IMG/VR virus record: IMGVR_UViG_3300006737_000017
Coordinates: 1-64,000 of that record
Strand: one strand, 5' to 3'
Length of the DNA stretch: 64,000 nucleotides
DNA from: a virus
Each line of letters opens with the position of its first letter. Positions within the stretch are counted from its first letter, which is position 1. The notes below the pieces were generated by a model. That model worked only from the letters and a program-made list of their open reading frames with translations. It made no database searches and was not told the origin of the DNA. Shown piece by piece: positions 61,040 to 64,000 of this stretch. Made by a program: the position numbers and the translations under genes.

Positions 61040-61527
61040 ATACTGGATGGGTATTTAATTTTAACAAACATTTTAGGAGTTTATTATGACAAGATTACAT
61101 TTTCACGAGCGGTTGTTTCCAACCGACCTTCTGTTCAAAAATTTCTTTGAAACAGATTCAAATTTTCAATCTCACGTAGACAACAAACCTAACTATCCTT
61201 GTGATTTATTCACAACTGATGAAGGCTTGGGTATTGAGATTGCAGCTGTTGGTTTAGATAAAAAAGATATCAAAATCGAAACAGCAGAAAATCAAATTAA
61301 AATTAGTTACGAAAGGACTGACGATGAACAATCAGTTGATTATATTCATAGAGGCATTGCTAGAAGATCTTTTAACTTAGGGTGGAAGATTTCTCCAAAG
61401 TTCAACTTAAATAGAGTTGATGCCAAAATGGATAAAGGGTTACTTACAATCTTCATTCCAATTGCTGATGAAGCTAAACCAAAAGCAATTACAATAGGAT
61501 AATTTTATCCGAATACCCATCCGGTAT
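61040..61527. repeat. 16-nt inverted repeat pair flanking hsp20
   Basis: ATACTGGATGGGTATT (61040-61055) versus AATACCCATCCGGTAT (61512-61527), 15/16 complementary. Confidence 0.7.
61086..61502 (+). CDS. Small heat-shock protein Hsp20 (IbpA-like)
   Basis: YP.D, IEIAAVG..K.DI, YIHRGIARRSF, AKMDKGLLTI.IP, KPKAITI. Confidence 0.92.
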   Translation: MTRLHFHERLFPTDLLFKNFFETDSNFQSHVDNKPNYPCDLFTTDEGLGIEIAAVGLDKKDIKIETAENQIKISYERTDDEQSVDYIHRGIARRSFNLGWKISPKFNLNRVDAKMDKGLLTIFIPIADEAKPKAITIG

Positions 61528-61550
61528 TAGTTATATAAAATAAAAAGCAT

Positions 61551-61904
61551 ATGAAAAACTTATTGAATACAATTGTCTGGGGAATACTAAAAATATCGCT
61601 AATAGTAGTTAGTGCATTCATTTTAGTAATAATCATCAATTCTTTAATCAGAGGAGATAAACTAGATCCCAATGACCCAAGACCACCTGGACCCTTATAC
61701 AATTACTGGCATCCAAGTTGGGATGAAAACAATCCAAGAACTATAATCCCAAATGGAGAAGGCACAATAGAATACGAAGATGGAACAATAGATTCTGTTA
61801 GATGGAGTGAAGATGAGGTTACAAGAGGAGTATCACCAGACCCGATTCAAACTGATGAATGGCAAATGTGGATAACAGGAGATGGAGATACGATATGGGA
61901 ATAG
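61551..61904 (+). CDS. Membrane-anchored hypothetical protein
   Basis: N-terminal TM followed by an acidic domain. Confidence 0.55.
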   Translation: MKNLLNTIVWGILKISLIVVSAFILVIIINSLIRGDKLDPNDPRPPGPLYNYWHPSWDENNPRTIIPNGEGTIEYEDGTIDSVRWSEDEVTRGVSPDPIQTDEWQMWITGDGDTIWE

Positions 61905-61982
61905 AAGCAAAAGTTATAGCATTAACAATTATTGTTATCTTAGCTATGATAGTTTACGAATTAATAAAAGCAAAAATAACAA

Positions 61983-62432
61983 ATGATCAATAGTACTAAA
62001 GAGTGGGATTGGATGGATAACAATAAGCAGAAGAGATTAGATAATACTTATCTGAAAATGGCAGAATGCTGGGCTGAATTATCTCATAGTAAAAGGTCTA
62101 AGGTTGGAGCATTAATAGTAAAAGATCAGATGATTATATCAGATGGATATAATGGAACACCTACTGGCTTTGAAAATAGTTGCGAAATAGATGGTGTTAC
62201 AAAATGGGAAGTTCTTCACGCTGAAGCTAATGCCATATTGAAATGTGCAAAGCATGGTACATCATTAAAAGGTGGTACTTTATACTTAACAATGTCTCCA
62301 TGTAAAGATTGTGCTAAATTAATTTTTCAATCGGGGATAATTAGAGTAGTTTACAGAACTGAATATAGAGATAAAGAGGGTATAACATTCTTAAAAAGAT
62401 CTGGTGTAGATATATCAAAGTTTTCTGCATAA
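61983..62432 (+). CDS. dCMP deaminase
   Basis: VGALIVK, GYNGTP, HAEANAI, SPCKDC. Confidence 0.92.
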   Translation: MINSTKEWDWMDNNKQKRLDNTYLKMAECWAELSHSKRSKVGALIVKDQMIISDGYNGTPTGFENSCEIDGVTKWEVLHAEANAILKCAKHGTSLKGGTLYLTMSPCKDCAKLIFQSGIIRVVYRTEYRDKEGITFLKRSGVDISKFSA

Positions 62433-62435
62433 AAT

Positions 62436-62464
62436 TTGGATAAGTCGTAAATTTTTGTTATATT
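62436..62464 (+). promoter_or_regulatory. Conserved phage promoter, copy 14
   Basis: TTGGATAAGTC-N12-TATATT. Confidence 0.75.
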
Positions 62465-62486
62465 TATACATAAAGAAAAACAAATT

Positions 62487-62660
62487 ATGCTAGAATATTT
62501 TTTCATAGGGATAATGACAATGTGGTTAATAGAATGGGGTTCACCATATCCATGGACAATGTTTGAAAGAGCATTGATAATTACCTTATGGCCAGTTGCA
62601 TTTATGATTATGTTGCATGCATTATATAAAAGATTCGAAGATAACAATGAGGGAAATTGA
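62487..62660 (+). CDS. Small membrane protein (57 aa, not in ORF track)
   Basis: MLEYFFIGIMTMWLIEW...LWPVAFMIML; follows promoter copy 14. Confidence 0.5.
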   Translation: MLEYFFIGIMTMWLIEWGSPYPWTMFERALIITLWPVAFMIMLHALYKRFEDNNEGN

Positions 62661-62764
62661 TAAAGTAAGATTTGCAATATTGAAAGCTAAGATAGAAAAA
62701 AAGCCACCAATAATAATCCAAAAATTACAACAGAGATTAGATAAACTATCAAGGGATAAAAAAG

Positions 62765-63004
62765 ATGGGAATGTATGAAGATCTATTCTATGAGATTACA
62801 GAATCTATAGAATCAAAAGGTTTAAGAAAAGAGTTTGATGCTCAACTCAACAAAATGAGCGAACAAGCAAAACACCGTTACAAAGAAACCAGAGATAGAT
62901 GGGATTATGCCTATCAAAAAGTTATAAAAAAATATGAAAACGAAAGAAATCAAAAAATTCAAAAGACGCAGAGCACTAATCTGCAAGATGGTAAGAAAAA
63001 GTAA
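62765..63004 (+). CDS. Hypothetical protein
   Basis: 79 aa ORF. Confidence 0.55.
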   Translation: MGMYEDLFYEITESIESKGLRKEFDAQLNKMSEQAKHRYKETRDRWDYAYQKVIKKYENERNQKIQKTQSTNLQDGKKK

Positions 63005-63326
63005 TTCAAACCCTGAATACTTCAGATACGAAGTAACCGTTGGGGAAACAGATGGTACAATTACTGTTCACCCAGTCTATGGGAAAGATATGCAAGATGC
63101 AATTACCAGATTATTACATCAGGAAAGAACTATCAAAATAGAAAAGAAAATGGAAAGGAATCCTTTGATATTCTTTCTAGTATGGATGGCTGTTATGGCA
63201 ATTCCAGTTTTAATTCATCAAGACTTGACTTATACACCATGGTTCATATTATATATGTTTGGTACTTTCACTGCAATATTTCTATTTGCAGGGTATTGGC
63301 AAAGTTATTTAGAAAGAGGACAATAA
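62934..63326 (+). CDS. Hypothetical membrane protein
   Basis: YGKDMQDA followed by two TM segments. Confidence 0.55.
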   Translation: MKTKEIKKFKRRRALICKMVRKSNSNPEYFRYEVTVGETDGTITVHPVYGKDMQDAITRLLHQERTIKIEKKMERNPLIFFLVWMAVMAIPVLIHQDLTYTPWFILYMFGTFTAIFLFAGYWQSYLERGQ

Positions 63327-63560
63327 ATGCAAACATCAACAATATTAGCAGTAATAGGGCTAGCAGTATTCTTCATACTAATCTTAGTATTAGAAGTAAT
63401 GTCTACACCTACAATGAAAGAAAGAAAAGATGGAACAGAATACCTTCCACCTTTAAGCAAAAGACAAGAACAATATCAATTTTCAGCAAAGCTATGTTTC
63501 TATGGAATGCTAGGAATGATATTCACAATACTAATATCTGTATTGGAATCTTGCAATTAA
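63327..63560 (+). CDS. Small two-TM protein
   Basis: Two hydrophobic segments. Confidence 0.5.
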   Translation: MQTSTILAVIGLAVFFILILVLEVMSTPTMKERKDGTEYLPPLSKRQEQYQFSAKLCFYGMLGMIFTILISVLESCN

Positions 63561-63565
63561 CCCCC

Positions 63566-63609
63566 CGCGTATATAATATTACTTGGTACGCGATTATGGT
63601 GCAAGCACC
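63566..63609. other. Two GC-rich intergenic hairpins
   Basis: CGCGTA/TACGCG (63566-63592) and GGTG-CAAG-CACC (63598-63609). Confidence 0.45.
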
Positions 63610-63634
63610 GTTATAAACAATTAGGAAGTAAGAT

Positions 63635-63880
63635 ATGATTATAAATCACAAAGAAAAACGATTTTCAGCAGGACAAAGAATACAATGGATGCAAAAAAAT
63701 CAAATGGTTCCTCATCCGCAAGGCAAGACAGATAGAAAAGGAGATATTTTACCAGTAATGCGCACAAAGCAATTAACCGGTACTATAATTCATACAAACA
63801 TTGGAGGATATGAAGTAAAACCAGACGACAGAGCATATCACATGAACGTTTCAGAAGAATTAGCAGTTTTAATAAAATAA
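63635..63880 (+). CDS. Hypothetical protein
   Basis: 81 aa ORF, AGGAAG upstream. Confidence 0.5.
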   Translation: MIINHKEKRFSAGQRIQWMQKNQMVPHPQGKTDRKGDILPVMRTKQLTGTIIHTNIGGYEVKPDDRAYHMNVSEELAVLIK

Positions 63881-63888
63881 TTGCAACC

Positions 63889-64000
63889 ATGAAATTTTGT
63901 ATAGGAAATTCAAGCATTGAAGGAAAAGGAATAATAGCAACAGAAGCAATTGCTAAAGGATCCATAATAGGTAAAGCATATGATATAATAGGCAAGACTC
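63889..64000 (+). CDS. SET-domain-like protein, 3'-truncated by the window edge
   Basis: MKFCIGNSSIEGKGIIATEAIAKGSIIG matches SET motif I (S.I.G.G..A...I.KG). Confidence 0.55.
   Translation, partial: MKFCIGNSSIEGKGIIATEAIAKGSIIGKAYDIIGKT

Overview
AT-rich, densely coding 64 kb segment of a large (jumbo-type) tailed dsDNA phage. All credible genes are on the + strand. Several clues point to a Bacteroidota/FCB host: a T9SS-type C-terminal sorting domain, an Hc1-like protein, a DUF4494-like protein and TTTG-N20-TATATT promoters. Gene order: baseplate-hub-like gene and a short family-A polymerase; repair/replication block (UvsE, gp32-like SSB, RecA/UvsX, 5'-3' exonuclease, helicase, class II RNR, kinase + thymidylate-synthase homolog + dUTPase, family-B polymerase); GroES/GroEL; a ~16 kb glycosylation and rare-sugar cluster; a secreted T9SS-cargo/beta-barrel/lysis block; a block of putative head-cargo proteins; and accessory genes (vWA, Hsp20, dCMP deaminase, SET fragment). 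Most notable signals: (i) a shared N-terminal M-x-K-L-K-x-I-L-x-E tag and Glu-punctuated polyproteins, including an Ntn-hydrolase whose catalytic Cys directly follows an L-x-E site; (ii) a TS homolog with the cytosine-specifying Asp; (iii) 14 copies of a fixed-geometry promoter, six placing ATG 6 nt after the -10 box (probably leaderless); (iv) a 16-nt inverted repeat bracketing hsp20; (v) two nearby in-frame stops in otherwise intact genes. All family calls come from motif recognition by eye; no searches were run. No tRNA, rRNA or CRISPR array was seen.
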